Positions 1 to 10,633 of a stretch of DNA of 64,000 bases are shown here, one piece after another (within the stretch, counting starts at the first letter, position 1; each line of letters opens with the position of its first letter). The notes under the pieces were generated by a model. It did no database searches. It was not told the origin of the DNA and worked only from the letters and a program-made list of their open reading frames with translations. A program made the translations under genes and the position numbers. Origin of the DNA: an uncultured Gammaproteobacteria bacterium. Lineage in GTDB: Bacteria > Patescibacteriota > Microgenomatia > Curtissbacterales > GWA2-41-24. The stretch is taken from assembly GCA_964492425.1 (NCBI GenBank), contig CAZBKB010000005.1:12468-76467 (forward strand). Direction: 5' to 3'.

Positions 1-771
1 ATAAGTGCTATCGCCCCCTTGTTAATTGTCGCTGCTTTTGCTCTTATTCCAGTGGCGTATAAACAATCACTCTTTTCTATTCCAGAAATCGGAACCCCAG
101 ATTTGTCCTTGTTATTTACAAACCAGTTTGCTGGATATCTCGTTTCTACTCTAAAGCAATACTATAACCAGACTCTGCCTTGGTATTGGGGTGTATATAA
201 ATGGTTGTCATTGACCGTTCCTCACGTTTACTACAAGATAATTAACAGGGCAATCGTATTAGCACTCGTTGGTTTAATTGTCTGGATTGTAATAACAATC
301 AAAAACAAAAAAATAAATAAACAAGATTTAATGATAATTACTTTTATCGCCAGTATATTCATTTACATTTCAACTTTTATAATTTGGGATTTTTACTTTC
401 AAAGAATTTATAGTTATTCGTTCGGTATTCAGGGCAGATATTTTCTACCTCTTATTTTGCCCATTACAACAGTTTTATTTTTTGGCTTAAAAAACTTGTT
501 CCAGTTATTCATTAAAAGATATCTATATGTTGTTTACTTTATATTAATGTTTGCCATGGTCTTATTTAATGACGTTTCCCTAGCTCATGTTTCATCAACA
601 TATTACGATGGCGAGAATGCAGAAGTGCTTATAAGCCAAATAAGCCAATATAAACCTTTTATTTTTAAAGGTTATATAATACCAATCATTATTTCGCTTA
701 CAATTTTGTCGCAATTAATATATTTATATAAACTTTCAATTTACTTTAAAAAAAATAATGAAAGCTATTGA
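1..771 (+). CDS. Polytopic membrane protein, 5'-truncated by window edge (frame open to position 1)
   Basis: ORF 19..771 is open upstream to nt 1. The product is highly hydrophobic with multiple predicted TM helices and sits in a glycosylation locus. No diagnostic motif was recognised. Confidence 0.4.
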   Translation: MSAIAPLLIVAAFALIPVAYKQSLFSIPEIGTPDLSLLFTNQFAGYLVSTLKQYYNQTLPWYWGVYKWLSLTVPHVYYKIINRAIVLALVGLIVWIVITIKNKKINKQDLMIITFIASIFIYISTFIIWDFYFQRIYSYSFGIQGRYFLPLILPITTVLFFGLKNLFQLFIKRYLYVVYFILMFAMVLFNDVSLAHVSSTYYDGENAEVLISQISQYKPFIFKGYIIPIIISLTILSQLIYLYKLSIYFKKNNESY

Positions 772-1312
772 AGAAATAGGACAAAAAAAATTAGGTAGGT
801 TCATCCTTTATTCAATATTAGTGGTAATTTACCACGGAATCATAAATCATTTTCTTTATTTCTCTCCATTCAGAAAATATTTTTTAATCATTCTAGGTGC
901 TCAAATTGGGACAGATTCAATTATTATGGATGTAAGATTTATTAATTGGCACCAAAAAGGTCCTCGTGGACTAACAATTAAGAGCAAATGCTTCGTTAGC
1001 GACGGGGTTATGATAGACCTCTACGATTCAGTAAAACTTGGAAATAACGTGACTCTTGCTCAACGCGTACTGATACTAACGCATACAAATGTTGGTTATA
1101 AAGATCATCCTTTGCAGAGATATTTCCCTAAAAATTCAAAACCTGTTATTTTTAAAGACGGATCATTTATAGGTGCCAATTCGACAATATTACCGGGCGT
1201 GACAATAGGGAAAAACTCATTTGTAGCCGCCGGAAGTGTAGTAATAAAAAATGTACAATCAAACACCTTAGTAGCTGGAGTGCCAGCAGTTAAAGTAAGA
1301 AGAATTTCATGA
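758..1312 (+). CDS. Hexapeptide-repeat (left-handed beta-helix) sugar O-acetyltransferase, WbbJ/WcaF-like
   Basis: C-terminal tandem hexapeptide repeats (IGANSTILPGVTIGKNSFVAAGSVV) follow an N-terminal hydrophobic helix, as in WcaF-type acetyltransferases. It overlaps the upstream gene by 14 nt. Confidence 0.75.
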   Translation: MKAIEEIGQKKLGRFILYSILVVIYHGIINHFLYFSPFRKYFLIILGAQIGTDSIIMDVRFINWHQKGPRGLTIKSKCFVSDGVMIDLYDSVKLGNNVTLAQRVLILTHTNVGYKDHPLQRYFPKNSKPVIFKDGSFIGANSTILPGVTIGKNSFVAAGSVVIKNVQSNTLVAGVPAVKVRRIS

Positions 1313-2463
1313 GACAAAGTTTTATCTCCTCTAGAATTTTGTTTATCTACATAACATTCTTAATAATATATTCATCATTACAATTCATACTAATTTTACG
1401 ACACAAAACATCATACTTATCAGACAGTCTTTTTTATAAACATCTATACCATCAGTTTCAGGGTGATAATTTTAATGATGCCTATCAAAAAGTTATTCAC
1501 AAGCTAGATATATCTAGAGCTACACAAATTGATTGGAATATCTTTTACAACGAAAACCAATACAGGGATACACTACAATATTTTTCTAAGAGGCCATTAT
1601 ATCCATTTTTTGCATATCTAATAAATTCTGTGTTTAACAATGAACTTTTAGCGTTTACCATACCTATATTTGTTGCTTATATTGGTCTCATAATTACAAT
1701 ATTCATACTTTTTAAACAAGGATTAAATTACTTTTTTGCTTCGTTTGGCACATTTCTTTTTGTAAGTTTTTATCCCTTTTTAGATTTATCTACCTATTTT
1801 TTAACTGATACAATCGGTGCTTTTTTTTGGATGCTTCAAGTTGGATTTCTTTTTAAATTCATACAGAAAGGAAGTAGAAAATGGATTGTTTTATTCACTA
1901 TAATGCTTGCAATTTCACTTACAAATAGAGAGCAAAGTATTCTACTTCTTCCGATGCAAATTGCTTTATCAATTATTTTTTACAAACTAAAAATGAATCA
2001 CTTCTTGCATGCGAGTGTAAAAATTACCATGATCAGTGCAGTAATAGTCTTTTGTTATCTTTTAATATCTATTCTTCAAGGGAACAAAACGTTATGGGAT
2101 ACTATACACTATACAATGAACAATTATGGTTATTTTGATAACACCTATAGCGTTACTGAGACGTTATCTTACTTATTTAAACAAGTATACCTTCTGCATA
2201 CTGTTTTTGTCAGAGATTTAATATCACACCATATTTGGTCTCTTATTTCGACTTTTTCAATAGTAGGGACAGTGATTGCGTTAAAAAAAATAACCTTAAT
2301 AAACACAACTTTCATATTATCGGGATTAGCGTCATATTCTTTTGTCTTTTTATTCCCGGAATTAAGTTATCGATATTATTTCCCTGTAATAATTTCCATA
2401 TGTTACTTTTGCTCCTATTTTTTATCTCATCTGGTAAATCTTTCTACGAAAGGAAGGGATTAG
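1309..2463 (+). CDS. Polytopic integral membrane protein of unknown function (glycan-assembly locus)
   Basis: 384 aa with about 10 hydrophobic segments. ATGA overlap with the upstream acetyltransferase suggests translational coupling. No recognisable catalytic motif. Confidence 0.45.
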   Translation: MRQSFISSRILFIYITFLIIYSSLQFILILRHKTSYLSDSLFYKHLYHQFQGDNFNDAYQKVIHKLDISRATQIDWNIFYNENQYRDTLQYFSKRPLYPFFAYLINSVFNNELLAFTIPIFVAYIGLIITIFILFKQGLNYFFASFGTFLFVSFYPFLDLSTYFLTDTIGAFFWMLQVGFLFKFIQKGSRKWIVLFTIMLAISLTNREQSILLLPMQIALSIIFYKLKMNHFLHASVKITMISAVIVFCYLLISILQGNKTLWDTIHYTMNNYGYFDNTYSVTETLSYLFKQVYLLHTVFVRDLISHHIWSLISTFSIVGTVIALKKITLINTTFILSGLASYSFVFLFPELSYRYYFPVIISICYFCSYFLSHLVNLSTKGRD

Positions 2464-3027
2464 ATGTCGCTTACTTACATTCGAAACAAACTACGAAGCA
2501 TCTCATTACCACTCCAGCTAATAGACGAAAGTCTCCCCAGAAGAGGGACCATAGTAGATCTGGGTTGTGGGGAGGGAGTAATCGCCCATTATCTTGCCCA
2601 GAATCGTATGAGAAAAATTATTGGAATAGACAAAAACGTAAAGAGACTTCCAAAATATAGTACAAGTAACCTTCAATTTAGACTTGACGATATTAGCAAT
2701 TTAGATATTAAGAATATACATGGCGCCATCATATCAGATGTTTTACACCATATAAATTTTAGGAAACAACCTTCAATCATAGAAAATATATTCAATCACA
2801 TGAAAGTTGATGGCATTTTAATTATAAAAGAAATTGACAAAGAGGAAGCTATAAGAAGCATCTTATCTCGTCTATGGGATCTTATTTTATATCCTAAAGA
2901 AAAAATCTATTTCTCCAAATCCTCGGATTTAATGATCCAGATAAAAAAGGCAGGTTTTCGCGTCACCATAAAAAGACCATGCAGATTATTCCCAGGCTCA
3001 ACCACTTTGTATATTTGTAAAAAGTGA
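2464..3027 (+). CDS. Class I SAM-dependent methyltransferase
   Basis: Motif I VDLGCGEGV (glycine-rich SAM-binding loop) and motif II/post-I acidic residues. 187 aa. Confidence 0.7.
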   Translation: MSLTYIRNKLRSISLPLQLIDESLPRRGTIVDLGCGEGVIAHYLAQNRMRKIIGIDKNVKRLPKYSTSNLQFRLDDISNLDIKNIHGAIISDVLHHINFRKQPSIIENIFNHMKVDGILIIKEIDKEEAIRSILSRLWDLILYPKEKIYFSKSSDLMIQIKKAGFRVTIKRPCRLFPGSTTLYICKK

Positions 3028-4562
3028 GTATCTTTATAAAAAAATTCTGGTTTGTAATTATTATTGCCATAATCTCAGTTACTTTAAGACTATTTAAACT
3101 AAATGATCTTTTCTATTTTTCCTACGATGAAGCGATTCCGGCCTTTGTCGGAAAGAATCTTTATCTGTTGCACAAATTACCGTTAATTGGGGGAGTAACA
3201 CCATTTGGTTTTCACTTGCCGCCCTACTTTTATTGGCTCCTTTCCATATTGTTATCTCTGGGTAAGCTCCACCCCATTGCATGGGGAATTGCATCAGCAT
3301 TTCTGTCAAGCATCACAATAATTTTAATCTACATAGTTGGGAAAGATTTTTTTAACAAAAGGGTAGGACTTTACGCTGCCGTACTTTGGAGTTTTTCTTA
3401 TATTGCAAATCTATACGACCGACACTTTTGGGCACTATATTGGGGACCTATTCTTACGCTGTCAACACTATTTTGTCTTAAAAAAATCATAAATGGAAAC
3501 AGCAAATTTGTTATTCCTCTTTCTATAGCTTTTGTCTGGGCTATTGCAACCGATCCTTCTAATCTTGTCCTCATATTTTTGGCAATCACCGTGTATGTAT
3601 TATATAGGGTCAAATTTAAAAAAACGGAATTGCTGGGGATATTAATTATTATCTTTTCACTTTTGCCGCTTATGTTCTTCGACCTTCGTCACAACTTTGC
3701 CAACACAAAACCCCTACTGCAATACCTAAAAGCACAAAAGACGGAATCCAGATTCGAAAATCAGGATATGTTGGACCGAACAGCGATTTTTGCCAATTCT
3801 TATACCAGATTAATTTATCCGTTCTCAGATAATGAAGTCGCAAAACAATATTCATATTGCACGTCATTTATAAACGAAAAATATCAAAATATTCCAATAG
3901 CCGTTAGTCTGTTCTCGCTTTTGGCACTCACGATTTTTATGCTCACCACGTTTAAAAATAAAAATGGAAATAAAAAAGTAATCATTTCTCTGCTCATAAT
4001 GATTTACTTTTTGGGCATACAAGCATACGGGGTTATGTTCAACGGTGACATTTTCGAACACTATATAACAGGGCTATTCCCTATATTTTTACTTATTGCC
4101 GCCTACTTCCTAAGCTATCTCCCTAAAAAGCTGGCATATGTCATTTTGGCTATTTTCATTACTGCCAACCTATATAAACTGTCTATTGCCCAAAATTCGC
4201 ACGGCTTGCTGTATAAGAAGCAAGCAATAAAATTTGCCATGACGCAAGTAGGAGATAAAGATTTTTCACTTGAGTCGCTTTCCACATGCTGGAAATATTC
4301 TGGTTATCGTTACCTGTTTGCAGTATACGGCCGCGAACCCGTAAAAAGTTATGTCGATCCCAATTTTGGGCACCTATATGGCAGGACTCCAATTTCACCA
4401 ACACATCCGGAAACTGTTATAGCCTTCGTGACGCACGATTTTAAACAAGAAAACCGGGAGTTTTACGAAAAGTACGCCCTATATAAATCCCACTCAGTAA
4501 CAGACGCTATATTTGGAAACATTGAAGTACTAATTATGGACAATAATTCCGGATGGTTTTAA
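3024..4562 (+). CDS. GT-C fold membrane glycosyltransferase, ArnT/PMT (GT39/GT83)-like
   Basis: N-terminal TM helix followed by a YDEA acidic motif in the first extracytoplasmic loop, about 11 further TM helices and a C-terminal soluble domain. This is the architecture of ArnT/PMT_2 family proteins. Confidence 0.6.
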   Translation: MSIFIKKFWFVIIIAIISVTLRLFKLNDLFYFSYDEAIPAFVGKNLYLLHKLPLIGGVTPFGFHLPPYFYWLLSILLSLGKLHPIAWGIASAFLSSITIILIYIVGKDFFNKRVGLYAAVLWSFSYIANLYDRHFWALYWGPILTLSTLFCLKKIINGNSKFVIPLSIAFVWAIATDPSNLVLIFLAITVYVLYRVKFKKTELLGILIIIFSLLPLMFFDLRHNFANTKPLLQYLKAQKTESRFENQDMLDRTAIFANSYTRLIYPFSDNEVAKQYSYCTSFINEKYQNIPIAVSLFSLLALTIFMLTTFKNKNGNKKVIISLLIMIYFLGIQAYGVMFNGDIFEHYITGLFPIFLLIAAYFLSYLPKKLAYVILAIFITANLYKLSIAQNSHGLLYKKQAIKFAMTQVGDKDFSLESLSTCWKYSGYRYLFAVYGREPVKSYVDPNFGHLYGRTPISPTHPETVIAFVTHDFKQENREFYEKYALYKSHSVTDAIFGNIEVLIMDNNSGWF

Positions 4563-4596
4563 AGGCACATATTGTATACTCAACTAGCCACATCTA

Positions 4597-5835
4597 ATGC
4601 TTTCAACTTTAAAAGGATTATACTTTTCAGACACAGGAAAAGACACGATTATCGTTTTTGCAAGTTCAGCTATCAATGTTTTGGCAGCTGGCATCTTTTT
4701 TATGCTCTCAGTAAGGATTCTGGGTCCGGCAAACTATGGTTTATTTGCAACAGTTGTTGCAACAGGACTACTTGTAGTCAGGTTAACTAATATAGGAATA
4801 GACACCGGAATCTTACGTTTTGCAAGCAAGGGCTCTGCAAGCAATAACGCGGTTCTTTCGCTGGCTTTAAAATCTTACCTCATGCTTGGCGCTTTGGTAG
4901 CAGTTATTGGTTTTGTACTTTCGCCACATATAGCAATTTTTTTAAAACAGCCTCAGATTACGAATCTTCTTCGTATTTCCCTGGGAGCAACAGTTTTTTT
5001 TCATTTAACAAATTTGTTTGTCGCTGGTCTTCAAGCAAACCACCAGTTTGTAAAATCATATATACCACTTATCTCGAATAATTTAATAAGGATAGTTTTG
5101 ATATTATTAGGTGCCTATTTTTTCACCATTGGCCTACTCCAACTAACAATAATTTATTTTTCTGTAACTATAGCTTCCTCAGTAATAGGAAAATTGTTAT
5201 TCCCTATAAGGCTTCAAAAAACTGAGAAACAACTAGCCAGCGATTTTTTTAAATTTAATATCTGGATTGGCTTGGCACTTACAATAAGCGCGATTTCTTT
5301 TGATAATTACTTTTTGCTCAAATTAACTGGCCCTATCCAAACAGGTCTTTATGCAGCGCCGTTCAAAATTTTAAATTTTGTATACGAATTCGGCAGTAGC
5401 TTTACAAGGGTTCTAGCTTCTCGGTTCTCATCGTTTGACTCCAACCAAAAAGCGATTAAATTTTCCCAAAAAGCTTTCGCCTTTCCCATATTGCTTGCAT
5501 GCGGGATGGTTTTTTTGATAATACTAGCGAAGCCTGTAACTCAGTTAGTACTCGGAAGCGAATATCTTGAATCTGTCCAAATCTTAAGAATACTTTCCGT
5601 TGGCTTTATATTTTTCTTTCTTTCAACTGTTCCTAGTTCAATTATCCTTTATTATTTAGGCAAATCTTCTGTTTCTTTTTTTATAACATTGGTGAAATAT
5701 ACTCTATTTGCATTGCTGCTCTGGATGCTTGTGCCAACTCAAAAAGCTCAAGGTGCTGCAATATCTTTTACAATCGCGGAAATTGTATCACTGCTTCTTA
5801 TGTCAGCCTACTCGTTCTACAAAGTGCGAAAATGA
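4597..5835 (+). CDS. Wzx-like polysaccharide flippase (MOP superfamily, Polysacc_synt family)
   Basis: About 12 TM helices. The N-terminal region (SVRILGPANYGLFATVVATGLLVVRLTNIGIDTGILRFASKG) matches the conserved start of Polysacc_synt/Wzx proteins. Confidence 0.6.
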   Translation: MLSTLKGLYFSDTGKDTIIVFASSAINVLAAGIFFMLSVRILGPANYGLFATVVATGLLVVRLTNIGIDTGILRFASKGSASNNAVLSLALKSYLMLGALVAVIGFVLSPHIAIFLKQPQITNLLRISLGATVFFHLTNLFVAGLQANHQFVKSYIPLISNNLIRIVLILLGAYFFTIGLLQLTIIYFSVTIASSVIGKLLFPIRLQKTEKQLASDFFKFNIWIGLALTISAISFDNYFLLKLTGPIQTGLYAAPFKILNFVYEFGSSFTRVLASRFSSFDSNQKAIKFSQKAFAFPILLACGMVFLIILAKPVTQLVLGSEYLESVQILRILSVGFIFFFLSTVPSSIILYYLGKSSVSFFITLVKYTLFALLLWMLVPTQKAQGAAISFTIAEIVSLLLMSAYSFYKVRK

Positions 5836-7250
5836 AACTAGAAAAATTTTTAGATAAGCACACTGTAATTATCTTTGTTTTATTACTCCTAACTCACTTC
5901 ATTTTTCTAATTAATACAAAATTCACTCTATGGCCGGAGATGATGGTCTATCCCTATTTAACAAATAACGGGTTTGATCTTTATACAGATTTAATAAATC
6001 CTTACCCACCCTCTTTTATCTTTTTTTTGTCACAATTTTCTAAACTATTTAATTACTCGATAACAAGTTATCAATTATTAACATGGACAATAATAATATT
6101 TATAGATTTAATAATCTTCCTTCTGACTCAAAAAATTTTTAAAAAATATTATTTATCAATCACATCTTCAATTTTCTTCACATTTTTTTCAATTCCGTTT
6201 GGGATAAATCAATTATGGTTCGATCTTATTCAAACGCCTTTAATACTTTTCTCAGCATACAATTTTTATCTTTTTATAAAAGAAAAAAAACTTCAAAACC
6301 TAGATTTATCAGTACTTTTTGCGCTTGCAGCGTTTTTTATAAAGCAGCAAAGTATCTGGCTCATCATTTTTTACGTTTTTGTTGTTTGGATTATTTATAA
6401 ACGAAAAACATTACCATTGTTTTTAAAAATTAAAAAAACTTACGTATTTCTCGTTTTGGCAGTTATTGTACATTTGCTGCTATTTTTAAAATTTAAAACA
6501 CTTCCCGATTTCTTATTTTGGGTTATTTATTTTCCATTTTTTAAGGCATCGTCAATGCCCGGTTATCTTTCTCTTCCGACACTGAGGCAGCTTTTAACTA
6601 TATCTGGATTGGCTTTATTTTTTCTTCCTGTGGCAACAATCAAAAAAAGAGAATTTAAAATAATTCTTCTAAGTTCACTCCCACTCATGCTTTTTGCTTA
6701 CCCGAGATTTGATTACTTCCATGTTATTCCGGCCCTTGCAGTCCTATCGCTTCTTGTTGGAAAAAATATTCAGCTGGTTCTGAACTCATCACTAGTTGTA
6801 AAAATAGTTGTGACTACTGCAACAGTTATGTTATTAGTTTTTAACACACGTTTTTTAAGCAACAACTGGACCACGGAAATAAGATTTTTTGAAAATGATA
6901 TATTGGCAAGTGCCAGCATGATCTCCATATTCACCAGCGAACAAGATAAAATTTATATCCAAAACGGACCGGACCAGTTATTGCCGCTAGCACTTCGCCT
7001 ACCGCCCAAACCCTGGATAGACGAGTTTCCCTGGTATCTGGAAAATAACACTTACCAACAAAGGGTAACGTCAGCACTAAAAAATGAAAAAGTAAAATTC
7101 ATAGTTTATAAGGAATATTCATACGATGGGCAGTACGAACTTGGTTCATACATCCCACAAGAAATCGCCTCCTATGCCAATAACAACTACGAAAAGTATA
7201 TTCAGTTATCCGGTGGGCTCTGGCTAAATAAAAGAAAGTCCTTTAATTAA
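5832..7250 (+). CDS. Polytopic membrane protein, possible GT-C-like glycosyltransferase
   Basis: 472 aa with many TM helices and a C-terminal soluble domain. ATGA overlap with the upstream flippase. Family not recognised. Confidence 0.4.
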   Translation: MKLEKFLDKHTVIIFVLLLLTHFIFLINTKFTLWPEMMVYPYLTNNGFDLYTDLINPYPPSFIFFLSQFSKLFNYSITSYQLLTWTIIIFIDLIIFLLTQKIFKKYYLSITSSIFFTFFSIPFGINQLWFDLIQTPLILFSAYNFYLFIKEKKLQNLDLSVLFALAAFFIKQQSIWLIIFYVFVVWIIYKRKTLPLFLKIKKTYVFLVLAVIVHLLLFLKFKTLPDFLFWVIYFPFFKASSMPGYLSLPTLRQLLTISGLALFFLPVATIKKREFKIILLSSLPLMLFAYPRFDYFHVIPALAVLSLLVGKNIQLVLNSSLVVKIVVTTATVMLLVFNTRFLSNNWTTEIRFFENDILASASMISIFTSEQDKIYIQNGPDQLLPLALRLPPKPWIDEFPWYLENNTYQQRVTSALKNEKVKFIVYKEYSYDGQYELGSYIPQEIASYANNNYEKYIQLSGGLWLNKRKSFN

Positions 7251-7287
7251 ATCGGACCTTCTGATATATTCAAAAACAGCTGACATC

Positions 7288-8364
7288 ATGGCCAACATTG
7301 CGTTTATAAGTTTTTATTCTGGGGTTGTAGACAGGGGAGTTGAAACTTTCGTACACGAATTAGCAGATAGACTCTCAAAAAAACACAAAATAACAATTTT
7401 CCAGGCCGGTAGCACAATAAATAATCCTGCGGTAAGAACTTATCAAATAATTTCCAACGCAAAAATACCAAAATCCACTATCAACCCTTTGGCAAAAATA
7501 TATCTGGATCCGCAATCGTTAAAAATACTCTTATTCACGACGAAAGCAATACCAAAACTAATGAGAGGAAAATACGACTTGATAATTCCACTAAATGGTG
7601 GTTGGCAGGTTGCAATATGTAAACTGCTCTCGGCTTTTATGAATTTTAAAATTATGGTTACAGGACAGGCAGGAATTGGCAGTGACGATGCTTGGAATTT
7701 ATTTTTTCATCCCCACATTTTTATCGCGCTCACAAAGGCCCAGACCAGTTGGGCTAAAAAATTAACAAATGAAGTAAAAATATCTAATATCCCCAACGGT
7801 GTCGACCTTTCTAAATTTCATCCTAAAATTATGCCCAAAAAAATCAATCTTCCAAAGCCAATCATTGTATGCGCATCAGCATTGGTACCATACAAAAGAA
7901 TAGACCTGACAATAAAAGCCGCTGCAAAAGCCAACCTAAGCCTACTTTTGTTGGGTGATGGGCAAGACCATGGTTCTTTAGATACACTCGGCAAACGTCT
8001 CCTAAAAAATAGGTACTTGAGACTCGTGGTGCCTCATTCAGAAATCCCTCGCTACTTCAGGGCAGGCAATATCTTTAGCCTAGTATCAAAAACAGAAGCC
8101 TTTGGAATCTCGTATATAGAAGCTTTAGCATGTAACTTACCCGTGGTTTGTACCAACGATGAATCCCGGGCAGAAATTATCGGCGACGCAGGAATTTTAA
8201 CTTCGCCCCAGGACATCGACACTTATGCAAAAGATTTAAAAATTGCCGCAAATACCAATTATCGCAATAAACCTTACAACCAGTCGCTAAAATTCTCGTG
8301 GAATAAAATAGCTGAACTTTACGAAAGGGAAATTAGGGATTTGACTAGCGGTAAAAATATATGA
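7288..8364 (+). CDS. Glycosyltransferase family 4 (GT-B, GT1 superfamily)
   Basis: C-terminal EX7E-type motif region SKTEAFGISYIEALACNLPVVCTNDESRAEIIGDAGIL, typical of retaining GT4 enzymes. Confidence 0.75.
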   Translation: MANIAFISFYSGVVDRGVETFVHELADRLSKKHKITIFQAGSTINNPAVRTYQIISNAKIPKSTINPLAKIYLDPQSLKILLFTTKAIPKLMRGKYDLIIPLNGGWQVAICKLLSAFMNFKIMVTGQAGIGSDDAWNLFFHPHIFIALTKAQTSWAKKLTNEVKISNIPNGVDLSKFHPKIMPKKINLPKPIIVCASALVPYKRIDLTIKAAAKANLSLLLLGDGQDHGSLDTLGKRLLKNRYLRLVVPHSEIPRYFRAGNIFSLVSKTEAFGISYIEALACNLPVVCTNDESRAEIIGDAGILTSPQDIDTYAKDLKIAANTNYRNKPYNQSLKFSWNKIAELYEREIRDLTSGKNI

Positions 8365-9191
8365 CTGTTTCAGTAATAATACCTGTGTATAACGAAGAGA
8401 AGTTGATTGCACAGTGCCTGGCGTCCCTAGAAAAACAGTCGGTAAAAAATATAGAAATTATTGTTGTCGATGATGGCTCGACAGACTCATCAAAATCAAT
8501 TGCAAAAAAATTTGATATTACAATACTAAAACAGCACCACAAGGGTCCTGGAAATGCCAGAAACCTTGGAGCAAAAAATGCCAAAGGGGAAATACTCGTT
8601 TTTGTCGATGCCGATATGACTTTTGACAAGCATTTTATTCGTGATTTAACCAAACCAATCTTCGAAAAAACAGCAATTGGTACCTTTTCAAAAAACGAGA
8701 TGGTGGCAAATAAAAACAACAGGTGGTCGGTTTGTTGGAATATAAATAGAAATGTGCCAAAGGATAGGATGCTCTCAGAAAGTTACCCAAATGAAGCGCC
8801 GGTTTACAGGGCCATTCTAAAAAGTGAATTCGATAAAGTTAACGGTTTTGAAACTTCTGGCGCTTATACAGACGATTGGTCGTTATCGGAAAAACTGGGT
8901 CAAAAATCCACAATTGCTCCAGGCGCCATTTACTACCACTCTAATCCGTCAACGGCTCGCGAAGTATGGCTCCAGGCAAGGTGGATAGGAAAGAACAAAT
9001 TTTTAACTGGGAGCGCAATGCGAAAGGTAAAATCAATATTTATTTACAGTTTGCCAATGTCACTGCCCATTGCAATATATAAGGCAATACTCAGGCGTTA
9101 TCCACTTTTTATTTTTTTTAAACTTTTATATGACATGGCCATCACGTTCTCTGTAGCCGAATCATTTTTCACAAAGGTGAAATTTAGATGA
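8361..9191 (+). CDS. Glycosyltransferase family 2
   Basis: N-terminal VSVIIPVYNEE...IEIIVVDDGSTDSS and a DxD (VDAD) motif. ATGA overlap with the upstream gene. Confidence 0.75.
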   Translation: MTVSVIIPVYNEEKLIAQCLASLEKQSVKNIEIIVVDDGSTDSSKSIAKKFDITILKQHHKGPGNARNLGAKNAKGEILVFVDADMTFDKHFIRDLTKPIFEKTAIGTFSKNEMVANKNNRWSVCWNINRNVPKDRMLSESYPNEAPVYRAILKSEFDKVNGFETSGAYTDDWSLSEKLGQKSTIAPGAIYYHSNPSTAREVWLQARWIGKNKFLTGSAMRKVKSIFIYSLPMSLPIAIYKAILRRYPLFIFFKLLYDMAITFSVAESFFTKVKFR

Positions 9192-10633
9192 GTGCAAAAC
9201 TACTAATTTTAATAATATCAGCATCAATCCTATTAAGGCTTGTGGTAATTAATCAAAGCCTATGGCTCGATGAAGGGATAAGCGTAAGCGTAGCCAGCAA
9301 TTTAAGCTACAGTGCCATAATAACAGATTTTTCCCCAGGTGATTTTCACCCCCCATTGCATTATCTTATTCTTAAGCTTTTCATAGACATTCTTGGCCTG
9401 TCAGAATTATCAGCCAGGTTGCCTTCCATACTTTTTGGCTCATCTACTGTGCTGGTTGTATATTTATTGGCAAAAAAACTTTATGACACAAGGACTGCTT
9501 TAACAGCGGCGGCGCTCCTGGCAACATCTCCACTGCATATTTTCTACTCACAAGAGGCAAGGATGTATTCTCAGGCAACACTCTTCTCACTTACATCACT
9601 GTATTTTTTTGTTTCAATTCTTCAAAAGGACAAGTTTGCCAATTGGATTGGCTTCATAAGCTCCCTCGTGCTCGCGTTGTATACGGATTACATCCCAGGC
9701 TTCTTGCTCCCAGCGTACATGGCATATTTATTATTTTTTAGAAAAAAACTCAATAAAACCACGATTAAATCCTTCGTCCCCGCATTCATATTAATATTTG
9801 CCTCTTTGTTGCCCTGGGCAGGCATATTTTACAATCAGTTGAGCATTGGTCTTTCGCTTTCAACTACATCTCCACAGTGGTACGGCGTCATTGGATCTGC
9901 CACGCCCAAAGATTTAGGTTTGGTTTTTATTAAATTCATTATCGGACAGATTTCAGTTGATAATAACCTTACCTATTTGCTGCTTTTCCTGCCGATTGGC
10001 TTGTATGTCATCTTCTTAATCATCATTTCATTTTTACGTATGAGTGTAACCAGATCAACACTATGGTTTTATCTGCTTCTACCAGTGACCTTATCCTTTT
10101 CGGTTTCACTTTTTATACCAGCCTTTTCCTATTTTAGATTGCTATATGTTTTACCTGCTCTTTATGTCATATTGGCATCAGCCATCAATAATCTTCATTG
10201 GACAAAACCAACGATATTCATGCTGACGCTTATGCTCGCAGTCAACCTTTTTTCAACGACAATTTACCTTAGGAATACAAAATTTCAAAGAGAGGATTGG
10301 AGATCGGCAACATCCTATATCAAGGAAAATAAAACCGACAACTCACTTGTTCTTTTCGAATCCAACTATGTGATTAGTTCCTTCGATTACTACAATCGAA
10401 GCGAAGTGGAGGCGATAGGAGTTTTAGATAGTTTTAGCCCGAACCCGGACAAGGTGTCGGATAACGTTAAAACTGCTATCGCTGGAAAAAACAAATTATT
10501 CCTGTTCCAATACCTGTCACCGATTTCCGATCCGCAAGGTATCGTATTCCAATCCCTCATAGAGAATGGATTCAAAAACACAGGTACTAAAGATTTTAGA
10601 GGGGTTGGATTCGTTTATGAATTTACAAAATAA
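9188..10633 (+). CDS. GT-C fold membrane glycosyltransferase, ArnT/PMT_2-like
   Basis: SLWLDEGIS motif after TM1, which is characteristic of the PMT_2/ArnT first loop. Multiple TM helices and a C-terminal soluble domain. Confidence 0.6.
   Translation: MSAKLLILIISASILLRLVVINQSLWLDEGISVSVASNLSYSAIITDFSPGDFHPPLHYLILKLFIDILGLSELSARLPSILFGSSTVLVVYLLAKKLYDTRTALTAAALLATSPLHIFYSQEARMYSQATLFSLTSLYFFVSILQKDKFANWIGFISSLVLALYTDYIPGFLLPAYMAYLLFFRKKLNKTTIKSFVPAFILIFASLLPWAGIFYNQLSIGLSLSTTSPQWYGVIGSATPKDLGLVFIKFIIGQISVDNNLTYLLLFLPIGLYVIFLIIISFLRMSVTRSTLWFYLLLPVTLSFSVSLFIPAFSYFRLLYVLPALYVILASAINNLHWTKPTIFMLTLMLAVNLFSTTIYLRNTKFQREDWRSATSYIKENKTDNSLVLFESNYVISSFDYYNRSEVEAIGVLDSFSPNPDKVSDNVKTAIAGKNKLFLFQYLSPISDPQGIVFQSLIENGFKNTGTKDFRGVGFVYEFTK

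Noticed and set aside
4572-4790. 72-aa plus-strand ORF
   Set aside because: It overlaps the start of the Wzx-like flippase gene in another frame and has no support.
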